Below, piece after piece: positions 1-12,530 of a stretch of DNA of 64,000 nucleotides. Both the position numbers and the translations under genes were made by a program. The notes beneath the pieces were generated by a model. It searched no databases. It saw nothing but the letters and a program-made list of their open reading frames with translations, and was not told the origin of the DNA. Position 1 is the first letter of the stretch, and every line of letters starts with the position of its first letter. The DNA is from Vicugna vicugna (lineage: Eukaryota), in assembly GCA_013265495.1 (NCBI GenBank), contig MU057640.1, positions 1,311,303 to 1,375,302 of the forward strand. Reading direction: 5' to 3'.

Positions 1-1364
1 AGAATCTTCCATGTTCACTTGAGAGGATGTGTATTTTGTTGCTTTTGAATGAATTCTTATGTATATATCTGTTAAGCTCACCTGGTCTAAGATGTCATTT
101 AATGTTGGTGTTTTCTTATTAATTTTCTGTCTAGATGATCTGTCCATTGATCTAAGTGGGGTATTAGGGTTTCCACTATATTGTATTGCTATTTCTCTTT
201 TTAAGTCTGTTAAAATTTGCTTTATATATTTAGGTGCTCCAACATAGTGGACATAAATATTTACAAATGTTATATCCTATTATTGAAATGACCCCTTTAG
301 AATTATGTCACTTTCTCCTTTGTCTCTTATTACTGTTTATCTTAAAGTCTATTTTGTCAGATTTAAGTACTGCTTCCTCACTCAGCTTTCTTTTGGTTTC
401 CATTTGCATGGAGTATCTTTTTCCATCCTTTCAAATTTAGTCTGTTTCCTTATATCTGAAGTGAAATTCTTGGAGGTAGCATATAGATGGGTTTTCTGTC
501 TTTTTATCCATTCAGCCACTCAATGTCTTTTGCCTGGAGAACTTAGTTCATTTACATTTAAAATAATTATTGATATATATGTACCTGCTGTCATTCTGTT
601 AATTGCTTTCTGGTTTTCTAATTACTCTGCTCTTTTCTTCTTCTCTTGCTCTCTTCCATTGTGACTTCATTTTCTGTAGCGATATGCTTAGATTCATTTC
701 TTTTTATCATTTGTGTATCTACTCTAGGTTTTTTGCTTTGTTGTTACTATGACGCTTGCATATGGCTTTAACTTATAACAGTCCTTTTAAAGTTGATAGC
801 AACTGAGGTTTGAACTCAGTCTAAAGCTCTAAATTTTTACTACCCCACCCCAACATTTTATCTTTTTATATCAAAATTTATATATTTTTATCTTGTATAT
901 CCCTTACCAAATTATTATAGTTATTCACTACTTCTGCCTTTTAACCTTTATACTAGCTTTATAAGTGATAAATCTACCACCTTTACTACAAAGATTATTC
1001 TGAATTTTAATATATATTTACCTTTACTAGTGAGATTTATACATCTGTATTTTTTCTGTTACTAATTGGCACCCTTTGTTTCAGCTTAAAATCCCTTTAA
1101 CATTTCTTACAAGGCCAATCTAGTGGTGATAAACTTCTTTAGCTTTGCTTATCTGAAAAATTCTTTATCCCTCCTTCAGTTCTGAAGGACAGCTTTTGTC
1201 AGGTAGACTGTTCTTGGTTGGTAGTTGTTTTCTTTCAGTACTTTGAATATATCATGCCATTCTTTTCTAGTCTGCAATGCTTCTGCTGAAAAATCTGCTG
1301 ATTAATGGAAGTTTCTTTCTACATAACAAGTTGTTTTTCTCTTGCTGCTTTCAAGATCCTCTCA
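1..1364 (-). mobile_element. Old L1 (ORF1 C-terminal half, inter-ORF, ORF2 endonuclease start), decayed; continues off the left edge
   Basis: Minus strand reads ERILKAAREKQLVM-like ORF1 and ATATTCCATGCAAATGGAAACCAAAAGAAAG-like ORF2; resembles 24690-25990. Confidence 0.85.
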
Positions 1365-2010
1365 AGTTTTTTTTCTTCCAGTTTTATTGAGCTATAATTG
1401 GCATATAGCACTGTATATATGTTTAGGGTATACAGCATAATAATTTGATTTACATACATTATGAAGTGATTATCACAGTAAGTTTAGGCACAAAATTAAA
1501 GAAATAGAAATCTTTTTTTCTTGTGATGAGAATTCTTAGGATTTGCTCTCTTAACAACTTTCATGTATGTATACATGTATATAAGTATTTATACATATAT
1601 ATGCATTCACATATATAGTAGTAGTATATTTATCACGTTGCACATTATATCTCTAGTACTTTTTGTGATTCAATATTTTTATAGTTAACCTCCATTTTAA
1701 GTTATTGTAAAATGTTGGCTATATTCCCTGTGCTGCACAATATAGTCTTGTATCTTATTTATTTGATACATGGTAGTTTCTCCCTCTCAATCCCCTATCC
1801 TATCTTCCCCCTACCCTCCAACTGGTAACTACTAATTTGTTTTCTGTGAGTGGGTTTCTATTTTGTTAGTCATTCCTTTGTTTTATTTTTTAAATTCCGC
1901 ATGTAAGTGATAACATACAGTATTTGTCTTTCTCTGACTTATTTCACTAAGCAGAATACCCTCTAGGTCTATCCATGTTGGTACAAATGGCAAAATTTCA
2001 CTCTTTATGG
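1365..2010 (-). mobile_element. L1 3' end (ORF2 tail plus composite 3'UTR, A-tail at ~1365-1375)
   Basis: GCCATTTGTACCAACATGGATAGACCTAGAGGGTATT... and ...CTCAATAAAACTGGAAGAAAAAAA on the minus strand. Confidence 0.8.
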
Positions 2011-5005
2011 TTGTTTTGGGTTCATCTTGTTTGAGACCCTCTGTGCTTTCTGTACCTTGATCTCTTCTTCAAGTTTAGGAAACGTTCAGCTATAATTTCA
2101 TCAAATATATTTTGACCTATTTTTGTCTCTTTTCTCCTGGGATGCCTATAATGTGAATGTTGGTATGCTTGATGTTGTCTCAGGTCCCTTAAACTATGCT
2201 CATTTTTTTTAAATTTGTTTTTCTTTTCACTGTTCTGATTGGGTGATTTTCATTGTTCCATCTTCCGTATCACTTACGCATTCCTCTGTATCACCTAGTC
2301 TGCTGTTAATTCCTTCTAGTGTGTTTTTCACTTCCGTTATTGTATTCTCCATTCTGAATGGTTCTTTTTTATATTTTCTCATTCCTTGTTAAAATTCTCA
2401 CTGTGTTCATCCATTCTTTTCCCTAATTCAGTTAGTATTCTTTTTTTTATTTTGTGTATATTTCCCTGTGCTATACAGTGTAATCTTGTTTATCTATTCT
2501 ACAATTTTGAAATCCCAGTCTATCCCTTCCCACCCTCTACCCCCCTGGTAACCACAAGTCTGTATTCTCTGTCCATGAGTCTATTTCTGTCCTGTATTTA
2601 TGCTTTGTTTTTGTTTGTTTGTTTGTTTTTGTTTTTGTTTTTTAGATTCCACATATGAGCGATTTCATATGGTATTTTTCTTTCTCTTTCTGGCTTACTT
2701 CACTTAGAATGACATTCTCTAGGAGCATCCATATTGCTGCAAATGGCATTATGTTGTCGGGTTTTATGGCTGAGTAGTATTCCATTGTATAAATATACCA
2801 CATCTTCTTTATCCAGTCACCTGTTGATGGACATTTAGGCTGTTTCCATGTTTTGGCTATTGTAAATAGTGCTGCTATGAACATTGGGGTGCAGGTGTCA
2901 TCCTGAAGTAGATTTCCTTCTGGATACAAGCCCAGGAGTGGGATTCCTGGGTCATATGGTAAGTCTATTCCTAGTCTTTTGAGGAATCTCCACACTGTTT
3001 TCCATAGTGGCTGCACCAAACTGCATTCCCACCAGCAGTGTAGGAGGGTTCCCCTTTCTCCACAGCCTCTCCAGCATTTGTCATTTTTGGATTTTTGAAT
3101 GACGGCCATTCTGACTGGTGTGAGGTGATACCTCATTGTAGTTTTGATTTGCATTTCTCTGATAATTAGTGATATTGAGCATTTTTTCATGTGCTTTTTG
3201 ATCATTTGTATGTCTTCCTTGGAGAATTGCTTGTTTAGGTCTTCTGCCCATTTTTGGATTGGGTTGTTTATTTTTTTCTTATTGAATTGTATGAGCTGCT
3301 TATATATTCTGGAGATCAAGCCTTTGTTGGTTTCACTTGCAAAAATTTTCTCCCATTCCGTAGGTTTTCTTATTGTTTTATTTCTGATTTCCTTTGCTCT
3401 GCAGAAGCTTGTAAGTTTCATTAGGTCCCATTTGTTTATTCTTGCTTTTATTTCTTCTAGGAGAAAATTTTTGAAATGTATGTCAGATAATGTTTTGCCT
3501 ATGTTTTCCTCTAGGAGGTTTATTGTATCTTGTCTTATGTTTAAGTCTTTAATCCATTTTGAGTTGATTTTTGTATATGGTGTAAGGGTGTGTTCTAGCT
3601 TCATTGTTTTACATGCTGCTGTCCAGTTTTCCCAACACCATTTGCTGAAGAGACTGTCTTTATTCCATTGTATATTCTTGCCTCCTTTGTCGAAGATGAG
3701 TTGACCAAAGGTTTGAGGGTTTTCAGTTAGTATTCTTATGAGTAATGCTTTGAATTCTTTATTTAGTAAATTGTTTTTTTCTGTTTCATTTGCTGTTTTG
3801 TCAGGGGTTTTCTCTTGTTCTTTCATTTGAAACAAACTCCTCTGTCTTCTCATTTGCTTAACTTTCTCTGTCTGTTTCTGAAATTAGGTGACACGGTTAC
3901 CTATCCCAGTCTTGAAGGACTGTTATTGTGTGGGAGCATCCCTGTACGATTTGTTTGTGCCCAGTGGCTTTGAGGAGTGAGTTAGATCTAGCATGAGCAT
4001 GAGTCATGTCTTCCCCTAGAGTGTGCTGGCAGTTATCACCTTGGTAAGAGATGGGGCTGGAGATGGAGGGGCTATGGCCAGATCCAGGTGTGAGCTGGGT
4101 CTTCTCTGCTCAGTGGCCACCACCACCCTATTGGTCCCAAATGCTGGAGCAGAAGCACTGAGGGCCAGATCCCAGCCAGCCCTGTTCCCTCTGTGTGCTC
4201 TCCTCCCTCCCAGCACTGGCACCTTTGCCCCAGAGGGGAGCACTGCTGGAGCAACAGGGCCCAGGGTGAGTGCTTTGCATGGGTGTGGGTACAGCTATGG
4301 CAGTCCCAGTACCAATCAGTTCCAAACTCCTCCCAATCCTCTACCCCACTGAGTGCCAGCAATGGCCCCCCTCACCCCATTCAGATGCCATTGCCAGATC
4401 TGAGCCGGCTCCATCCCCCACAACTGGGCACTTGTCTCAGCTATGGCAGCCCTCGCTCCAGCGTGGAGCTGCACCACAGAGCAAGTAGGGCCTGGAGTGG
4501 GTGCTTGGCTCAGGCTGGGATGTGTGCTGGGGCAGTCACGGGAAACTGATAGGAAACCAGAAGAGTTCTTGGCAGTGTCAATCGGCTTCCTCTGCCTTCT
4601 TTTGAGAGTAAGCAGGTATGTGCCTGCTTTTCATAAGCCTAGTCCAGGTTTCTTGTAGCCCCACTGTCAGTCTGCTTTTCAAACCAGCTAAGGGGACACT
4701 GGTCCTCCCAGCATCAGACCCCGGAGTTGGGGCACCTATGTGGATGGAACAGCTGACTCCCCAGGGAAGATCTCAAAATCTATGCAATCCCCCTCCTCTC
4801 CTGTTTCCCCTTCCAGGAGTGCAGATCCTGACCTGATTGCTTCTCTTCCCTTCCTAACTCTTTCCTTGTGGATTTTTCTTACAGCCTTGGTTGTAATGAG
4901 AGTCTCTGCTAGTCTCCAGTTTGTTTTTAGTGAGGATTACTCCACATGTAGATGTATTTTTGATGTGTCCATGGTGGGGAAGTGGGCTCCACCATCCTAA
5001 TCTTC
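2011..5005 (-). mobile_element. Old L1 5'UTR + ORF1 (ATG at 3853), interrupted by a young L1 at 2443-3721
   Basis: AGGATGGTGGAG 5'-end motif near 4990; ORF1 start [20 protein letters not shown]1 resumes at 2426 and runs to KMNPK at ~2015. Confidence 0.85.
2443..3721 (-). mobile_element. Young camelid L1, 5'-truncated and 3'-short, ORF2 C-terminus open
   Basis: 16-bp TSD ttcagttagtattctt at 2427-2442 and 3722-3737; ORF2 NPQTFGQL...SLICGI with the CWRGC...HCWWEC knuckle. Confidence 0.95.
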
Positions 5006-7147
5006 CTCTCTCTTTTTCCTTAACTTTTGACACTTTAGTTATAATGTGTCTTGGTGTGGATTTCTTTGGGTTCATCTTATTTAGAACTCTGAGCTTTCCC
5101 TTCTGGGTGTTTGTTTCCTTCCCCAGGTTAGGGAAATTTTCTGCCATTATTTCTTCAAATAAGTTTTCTGCCCCTTTCTCTCTCCTCCTTCTGGGGCTCT
5201 TATAATGCAAGTGTTGGTCCACTTGATGCGGTCCTATAAGTCCTTAAGCTGTCTTTACTCTTTTTTATTTCTTGTTGCTCTGATTTGGTGAGTTCCACTG
5301 CCCCATCTTTGAGTCCACTGGTCCTTTCCTCTGCATCATCTAGCATGCTCTTGAACCCCTCTGCTATAATTCTCAGTTCAGTTACTGTCCTCTTTGGCTC
5401 TATGACTTCTATTTGGTACTTTCATATATGTTCCATCTCATCGTTGAAATTCTCCCTTTGTTCATGCATTCTTCTCCCAAGCTTCGTGAGCATCTTTATG
5501 ACCATGAATTTGAAGTTTTTATCAGGCAGATCACCTGTCTCCATTTCACTAAGGTCTTTTTATGAAGTTTTATCTTGCTTTTTCATTCTGAAAACTTTCC
5601 TGTGTTTCCTCATCTTTCTTGACTGTGTTGGTTTCTGTGCTTTAGATAAAGCAGCCACCTCTTCCAGTCTTTAAGGAGTGGCCTCATGTAGGAGATGAAA
5701 CTTCCTGTTCTACCCTGCTCTAGCTCTCAGTTGTCTCTCAAACCTTTGTGATTGTCCAAGCAGCTAATTTTATTTTTAATAGCCTCTGGTAGTTGAGGGT
5801 GTGACAAGACCTGTCAGTGTTCTAAGGGGGAGGATTTTAGCCAGCACCTAGATTCAGGCTAATTGGAAGCCAGACCTTCGGGCAGTAACTTTAAAATTAT
5901 GCAAATATGCCTCTCTCAGAGGAAGACCGGGAGATGGCACTTCTCTGTGCTCTCTGTCTGCTGAGACCTGATAGCCAATTAAGAACTGTTTCTTTGCCAT
6001 CAGCCCACTGAGCACAAGTCCCACTGGCTACCAGAGGGGCATCCCCTGGGTGGCAGCTGTAAAACAAACAAACAGAAAAATAGGCTACCAGACATAGAAA
6101 CTGTGGTACCAGATAGGGGCTGCATTGCAGGAGATAACAGTGCTCTGGAGGGCTGCGGAGGGAGTGTGTGAGTACAGTGCCTGTCCTCCGAGGTCTCTAG
6201 AGAGGATTAGAGCCAGCTGTTCGATGTGTGTTTAATTAGAAGCCGCCCCTCAGGCCGCAGCAATGAAGACAAGCGAATAAGTCTCTTTCACAGAAAGACT
6301 GGACACCTCTGTTGTCTCTCTGCTGTGCCCTGGGAATGGCAGCCAATTAAGAACTCTTTCTCCATTTGTTACAGCCCTATGGTACCCCTGAGCATAAACC
6401 CCACTGGCACCTGAGCCAGGAGGTCTACAGGAGATCTGCTGCCGTGTGGGGTCCCCTGGGCAGCAGCCACAAAAACTGGGGTGCCAGACAAGCTCCATTC
6501 TGGGAGACAGAGGCACGCTGGAGCATGGCTGAAGGGGACAGAAAAATGGCACTTGCTGGTGTCTGTCTCTGCAGGGTATTTCAGTAGACCCCAGACGTGT
6601 GTCTAAACTAGATGCCTGCTCCTCAGGCTGCTGCTTTAAGATAAGTGAATAAGCGTCTTTCACAGAAAGTCTGGGTGCTTTTCAGTCGGCTGCCTCTGCG
6701 TCGGGCTCTGGGAGAGGTGAGCTTGCATGTGAGCCATCTGAGGACTGCTGCTCAGTTCACTGTAGCCTTGTGGATCTCGCAGACACAGGACTCATTGGCT
6801 TTCAAAGCTAGATGCCTTGGGGGTTTCATCTCTTAGATGCAGGTCTTAAAAGTGGGGGTGCCAAAAGTGAGGTCCCAGCCCTTTGCTCTTCAGGGAGAAG
6901 CTCGGGCTTGTGAGTTTCCTCCTGATTGTGAGTTGCCAGGCTGGGGTTGAGCTGATGGCGAGATTGTATCTTAGCCTCTTCTTCCCACTTTGATGTGGGA
7001 TTTTCTCATTTGCGTGATGTGTAGGAGTCACTGATCTAGTTTTGGATTTTTTTCCCAGGAGGAGTTGTTCCATATATAGCTGTGGATTTGATGTGTTCAT
7101 GGGAAGAACTGAGTTCAGGATCTTCCTACTTCATCATCTTGAACTCT
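5006..7147 (-). mobile_element. Old L1 5'UTR + N-terminal ORF1, same family as the intronic L1 at 23510
   Basis: 5' motif CAAGATGATGAAGTAGGAAGATCCTGAACTC at ~7110-7142; ORF1 [14 protein letters not shown]...TPRHIITK (ORF 4854..5222); 5640-5900 resembles 23800-24060. Confidence 0.85.
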
Positions 7148-7224
7148 GCCTTGTGTTCTGGTCGTAAGGATTTATGAGTCTGAAGGGAGAATGGCTCCGA
7201 TCCTATGGGAACCAGAAGAGGAGA

Positions 7225-7740
7225 GGCTGGCTATAGGAGATCAAAGATGGTGCATGTTCTTTGATTAGCCTCTCCTTGAGAGGTGGGGTGTGTCTGTTTT
7301 CCGTCCCCATGACTCTGAGCTTGACAAAACATGAGGAAGTGACCCTAAAGCATTTCTGGACCCACCTTTTAAGAAGACTGGCAGTGTCCACCTTGGCCCC
7401 TTGGAGCTCTGAGTACCATGTTAGGAGCCTAGTCACCATGCTGGAAAGAGCACATGTAGACACTCTGGGACCATATAGAGGGGGGAAATGGGTCCTGCTG
7501 GGCTCAACTTTCTGCTGTTCCTACTGAGAGGCAGAAATGTGAGTGAAGCCATCTTGACCTTTCCAAACCGGTCCAGCTGAATACCACTGAGTCACCCCAG
7601 TTAATGCCACATGGAGCTGAACAATCACCCAGCTGAGCCCTGTTTGAATTCCTGATCTGTGAAATTGGGCATAATAAAATGGTGGTGGTTTTAAGCAGCT
7701 AAGTATGACATAGTTTAAGTGGCCATAGAGAACCAGACGA
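7225..7740 (+). mobile_element. MLT1-type solo LTR (ERVL-MaLR)
   Basis: gtgagtgaagccatcttg..., cccagctgagccc...aattcctga..., aataaaatggtggtggttttaagc..ctaag 3' signature. Confidence 0.8.
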
Positions 7741-8467
7741 CAGGCTGAAGGAGGTGGGTCCTGGCCAGGAACACTGACTCCCAGGTGTCCTGCTGCAGCC
7801 TTGGCAGGCAGTCTGGGGGCATTTGGACTTTTGCCTGGGTGTATACTGGGGAGCTAGGCTTGTTTTGTTCCTCTCAGTCTGTTGCTTTAGCAAGCAGACT
7901 GCAAAGACCTTGGGCATGGTTTTCCACCAGATGGGTTTAGAAGCTGGAAATCTCTTTGTCTCTTTGTCTTTCGATTGCTAAAAACAGGGACCAACTTTGA
8001 AATCCGAGTCCTTTCTGCTCGCTGGGAAGGATACAGAACTGCAGCAGGTTATTACAGCAACATCGGTAATGAGATGTGATTAGGCCAGGGTGTAAAATTA
8101 ACAGCGTTACAGTTTATCTTAAGGAGGGAAGAGTGTTACATACAATATTTAGAAGTTGATTTTAAAACGAAGATTTTAATTGTCTTCCACTAATGAGTCT
8201 TGGTTTAAAAAAGGGAAAACCTGGGAGAAGAGTGGTGTGAGGCTGACGATCATCAGCTGCTGAATAAATGGCTTCTTAAAAGGTAACACTACCCTTCTCT
8301 CCCTGCAACCCTGCCTGGCCAGCCGGGCTCAGGCTGCTCTTCATCTACGGAAGAGCGGCAGGGCATCCAGGTAGCTCAAGCCAGATGACCCCTTCAGCAA
8401 CACCACCTGCGTGAACATGCCATTCCCTAGCTCAGAAGAGCTGGCTGAGAGTTTCTGAAAGCTTAGG

Positions 8468-8657
8468 GCAGAGTTTCTTAAAGAGTGGCCCAGGAGCCAG
8501 CAATGTCCTAAATACTTGGGATGCTTTTTAAAATGAAACTTCACAGCTCCGTCCCAGACTTCTTAATACTAAACTTTTGAGCCTGGAGTGCAGGAATCGG
8601 AACTCAGACAACCTCTCCAGGTGGTCCTGATGCATCCGTAAGTCTAGGAACCGTTGG
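8468..8657. mobile_element. MER5-type hAT-Charlie MITE
   Basis: cagagtttcttaaagagtgg...ctctccaggtggtcctgatgcatccgtaagtctaggaaccgttg. Confidence 0.65.
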
Positions 8658-9009
8658 CTTGGGCTTTGCAAAACCTCTTTATCTTCATATTTAGCCCAAG
8701 ATCGGATAGATGAGATGTTTTCCTGAATTGAAACTTCCAGGGAGAACATCTGTATTGTAGGAGAGAGAATACTGAAATACTTTCAAGTTCTGTCCCTGCT
8801 AAGGACCCCAAGAAGAGGCGGTTTCCTCTTAGTCCTCTGGCCTTCAGGGACATTTTTATTTGTCTTCCCTGGCTCCCCTGTTTACAGCCGTGTCCACGAT
8901 GCTCACTGACTAGATCCCTTTGGTAAGGATCCACGCAACCAGGCCATGCACAGAGCCACAGGTATTGGGCCCAATACGTTTGAGAAATTGCAGATTAAAA
9001 ATTGGCTCT

Positions 9010-9175
9010 GAACTCATGGGTCTGCGTTTGAAGCTCAGCCCTACCTACTCTTCACCAGCTATTTACTTGACCCCTCTAGGCCCTAGTTTCTTGTTTTTGC
9101 AAAATGGGGGCAGTAATAGCACCCCTCACAGGGCTGTTATGAGTACTCAATGAGCAAATGCCTGCGAAGCAATCA
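9010..9175 (+). mobile_element. MIR SINE
   Basis: Core cctagtttcttgtttttgcaaaatggggg..taatagcacccctcacagggctgttatgag. Confidence 0.7.
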
Positions 9176-9439
9176 TGTCCTTAATACACATTACGTACGA
9201 ATTAGATTACGGAGGGGACGGGGCTGGAAACCATGACACATGAGGATAAGTGGACAGAATAAAGAATTTTTATCCTGGGGAAGAAATAACATTGGGAAAA
9301 CTTGATGCTTTTCAACAATTTTTCAACATATTGATGGTTATTACCTGGGAAGAGAATTTTATATTTGTACAACGTAAGGTGGTAAGACTGGGAGTATTAA
9401 CAAAAATTAAAAGGGAAAGGATTTTCCCTGAATAAGAGG

Positions 9440-9620
9440 AAGCACTTTTTAAAAAGAGGAGGTGAGAGAGAAAATGTCTCAGGGAGTAGTGAGCTCCCCA
9501 TCCCTGGATGTGCTCGAATCCAGGTGGCTGGTCATGTGGTCAGACAGTGAAGGAGAGAGTGAGTCCTGGGCGGGGAGGTAGAACTGTAGCTTTGAAGGTC
9601 CCTTTCCATCTCGAGTCTGC
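9440..9620 (+). mobile_element. L3/CR1 3' end relic
   Basis: gtagtgagctccccatccctggatgtg...tttgaaggtccctttccatctcgag. Confidence 0.6.
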
Positions 9621-12019
9621 CTCATGCCTCCAAGTTTATTTAAAGAGAGCACAGTCCACTAGGAAAGGTGATGGAATGGCGTTTTTGCAAAGTGGTTCCT
9701 GGCCTAATTTAGTTCTTGGCTTCAAGCCCAGGGAACCACCCAATCACCGCTGATCAGCTACCTCGGAGACGTAATCTGTTTCTGTAACTCACATCCACTG
9801 GTCCCAGTTTGGTCTCTAGAACCACAGAGACCAAGGCTGGTTTCTCCTTCAAACCACTTCATGATCAGTAGTTCCGTATCCCTGAGCCCCTCCGACCCAC
9901 CACCGGATCTCTTCTCTTTAGGGGCAGAATTGCTTGTTCCCAGTGCCTGTACGTGAAATTCAAGATCCTGCTCCATCTGGAATCTTTAATATTAAGCTAG
10001 ACTGCATTTACAGTGCGTGTTTTAATAGGCGTAGCCTCATTAATTTGATATGTGCCTAGATCGGGCTGAGTTTATCTCTGTACCAACTAAAAGAAGAGTT
10101 TGCTAAGCATATTCATTGTCTTAAGACTGCAGGGCAACGTTTAAGCTGCTTAAGAGAATTAACTGTTCAAATACTCCTAAGCTCTTTAGAAAAATTACTA
10201 GGTCAGTTACAAATCCATTCCCACCTCTTCACTAAGTGACTGAAGGTCTGCCTCTAGGCGACTTTATTAGTTGCTTCGAGTTTGCTATTTGAGCTTGAAT
10301 AAAACTACTTTCTTAAATACATTTTCTCAGAGCTTTCCCTCCCAGGCACACAGAGGAAGTGAGGGTAGGGGTGTGGTGGGAGTGTGTGCACAGCCGGGGG
10401 CCAGGGCTGGTGAAGAAAATGGCTGCCTTGGGTTTGGTGTTGGGGTCTTGACACCAATTCCAATGTCTGCGAACCAAGCTAGTTACATAAGTGTGTGCAG
10501 GTGAGCTGGGAGTGGGTAAGGCAAGAGGGAGTGGAGGTGTCAGTGCCGAGTGGGGGAACCCACACCCTCCCAAGCCATTTATACTTTTGCCAAGGGAGCT
10601 GGATTTGATTGGTGGGTAGCCCTTTGTGACCGTTTTCTTACATGCTGAGTTACCGAAATGTGTAGGAGAGGAAATGTGTAGAGCTGGGTGGGCTCATTCG
10701 AAATTCAGGGGTGTGCTGACAAGATCTAAAAAAATATATATGGAGGGATATCGGCCCTTGTAGAAGAAGGAGAAGGAATGATGGGAGCATCCCTAGAACA
10801 TGCGATGAGATCCCTCAAGGAAGTGTTAATCTAAAGATACAAAGGAAGGTGACCAAAGCTTTGTCTGGGAGATCATTCGGGTTGAAAATGGGTCATGAGA
10901 GAAACAACTTGGATAAAACGAGCTGCATATATTTAAAGGCAGGGCTGTGCCTGGCAGAGGAGCTCTTGAAGAGGCGTAGTGAGATGTGCCCATTTAGAGT
11001 AAGTAATGAAGGACACTTGAGACATGCGTGTTCTCAGGACCGAAGGCCAGCGTGGTGATGGGGTATAAAATGAGAGGCGTAGAGTCAGGGAAGGTCTCAG
11101 CTGTGATGACTCGGATGAGCCAAGGCATGAGAGGAAGACGTTGGATTTTCAAGGATGGAGGACCAGAAGGGCGAATATGACAAGGACTCTGGTAGGCTCT
11201 CCTGGGGAGAGGCAGGAGGTCCGAGGAACAGAGAGCAGGAAAGGAGGGAAGTGGACAAAACAGTAGCAAATAAACCAAGCTTGTAATGATCTCAGAAAAG
11301 AGCCAGCGTCTTCAAGTCTTTTGAGCTGCGGCTCATCTAAAGGGTGTAGATAAGCAACCCTTTCCTTCTGCCCGGACAGTAGCACAGAAAGTGGGCCGTG
11401 CTACGGCAGGAGGGTTTAGGTGACGGTTTCTTAGATCTGGGGCAGGTATGAGGGCATTCGGAAATCTGCTTGTCTAGTAACCTTGAGGTTTGATAGGTTC
11501 TTGGAGATTCAGGCAGGCAGGCTAGGCTGTATTTGGACGTTAGTGACTGGACTTCAATGCTCCCAGCCTGAGATGGTCTCTTCATCTTTGTACTTCTGTG
11601 TAGCCGCACACTGCAGGCCTGGTGAGGGCTCTTCCACTGCATCCAAACTGTCAGCTCCTCAAGGTCACCAAGGTCATTCTTTGCTGACCTGGTAACTAGT
11701 CTCATACCATCAGTGGTGGTAGGGACACTCCAATCACATCCAGGTAACACAGGAATTTACAAGTCAGGTGGCATAAGGCTTCATGCAAAGAGGGTGCTAA
11801 ATTACCTTTTTAGTAAGAAAAAAAAGTTCTTTAAGCTGTCATTAGCCATAATTTAAGCCTGTTTCCTCTCGCAAGGTGCTCTGTGTTCAGCCAACCTGTC
11901 AAAACAATACTTAGGTATATGGACCTGGTTAAGAGCCTTGCACTGTAGCATCTATTGCTTTTAATTACTAGTGGGCATGGACATCCTGTTGTTAACACTA
12001 TTCCTGCAAAGCCCTGTTT

Positions 12020-12165
12020 CTAATCGTCACCTGGGAAGTTGTAGAAAATACAAAGTTCCCACCCTAGACCTGTTCAGTCATAGATTCTGGGGACGTAGCC
12101 CAGTGACCCATGTTTTAACAACCCCCCCAGGTAATTCTGATGCAAGCTCAAGTTTGAGTCATTCT
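12020..12165. mobile_element. MER5A-type fragment
   Basis: tcacctggg...tgttttaacaacccccccaggtaattctgatgcaagctcaagtttgag. Confidence 0.7.
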
Positions 12166-12339
12166 TCAAAAATATACAGTGAAGGGTTAAAAGCACATGA
12201 CAGATATTAAGCAGAGTGGATGAGCTCATTCTGGCTCTTCCATCCCACTTTCCTATTAATGTGTCAGGACTCTCCTAGAAAAACAACGTAAGAGCCCTAA
12301 TGTATTGGAGGTGGGGGAAAAGGAAAGACCTGTTTGTTG

Positions 12340-12530
12340 TGTCTTCAGTTTGGCAGTCACTGGTTTCACACATATGATCCCATTTAATCCTTAAAATAAT
12401 ATATGAGGCTGTTACTATTTGACCAGATAGGAAGCCAAATGCAAAGATATTATGTAATTTACCTGAAGACACAGCTGCTATGTAATTGATGGGATTTGAT
12501 TCCAAGTCAGGTGTCTTTTTTAATCATAGT
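12340..12530 (-). mobile_element. MIR SINE
   Basis: cccatttaatcctt...aatttacctgaagacacagct...gggatttgattccaagtcag. Confidence 0.55.

Noticed and set aside
3144..3704. 186-aa antisense ORF, also present at 27620..28180
   Set aside because: It is the reverse frame of L1 ORF2 in two near-identical young copies and starts at TTG. Stop-poor antisense frames are a common by-product there.
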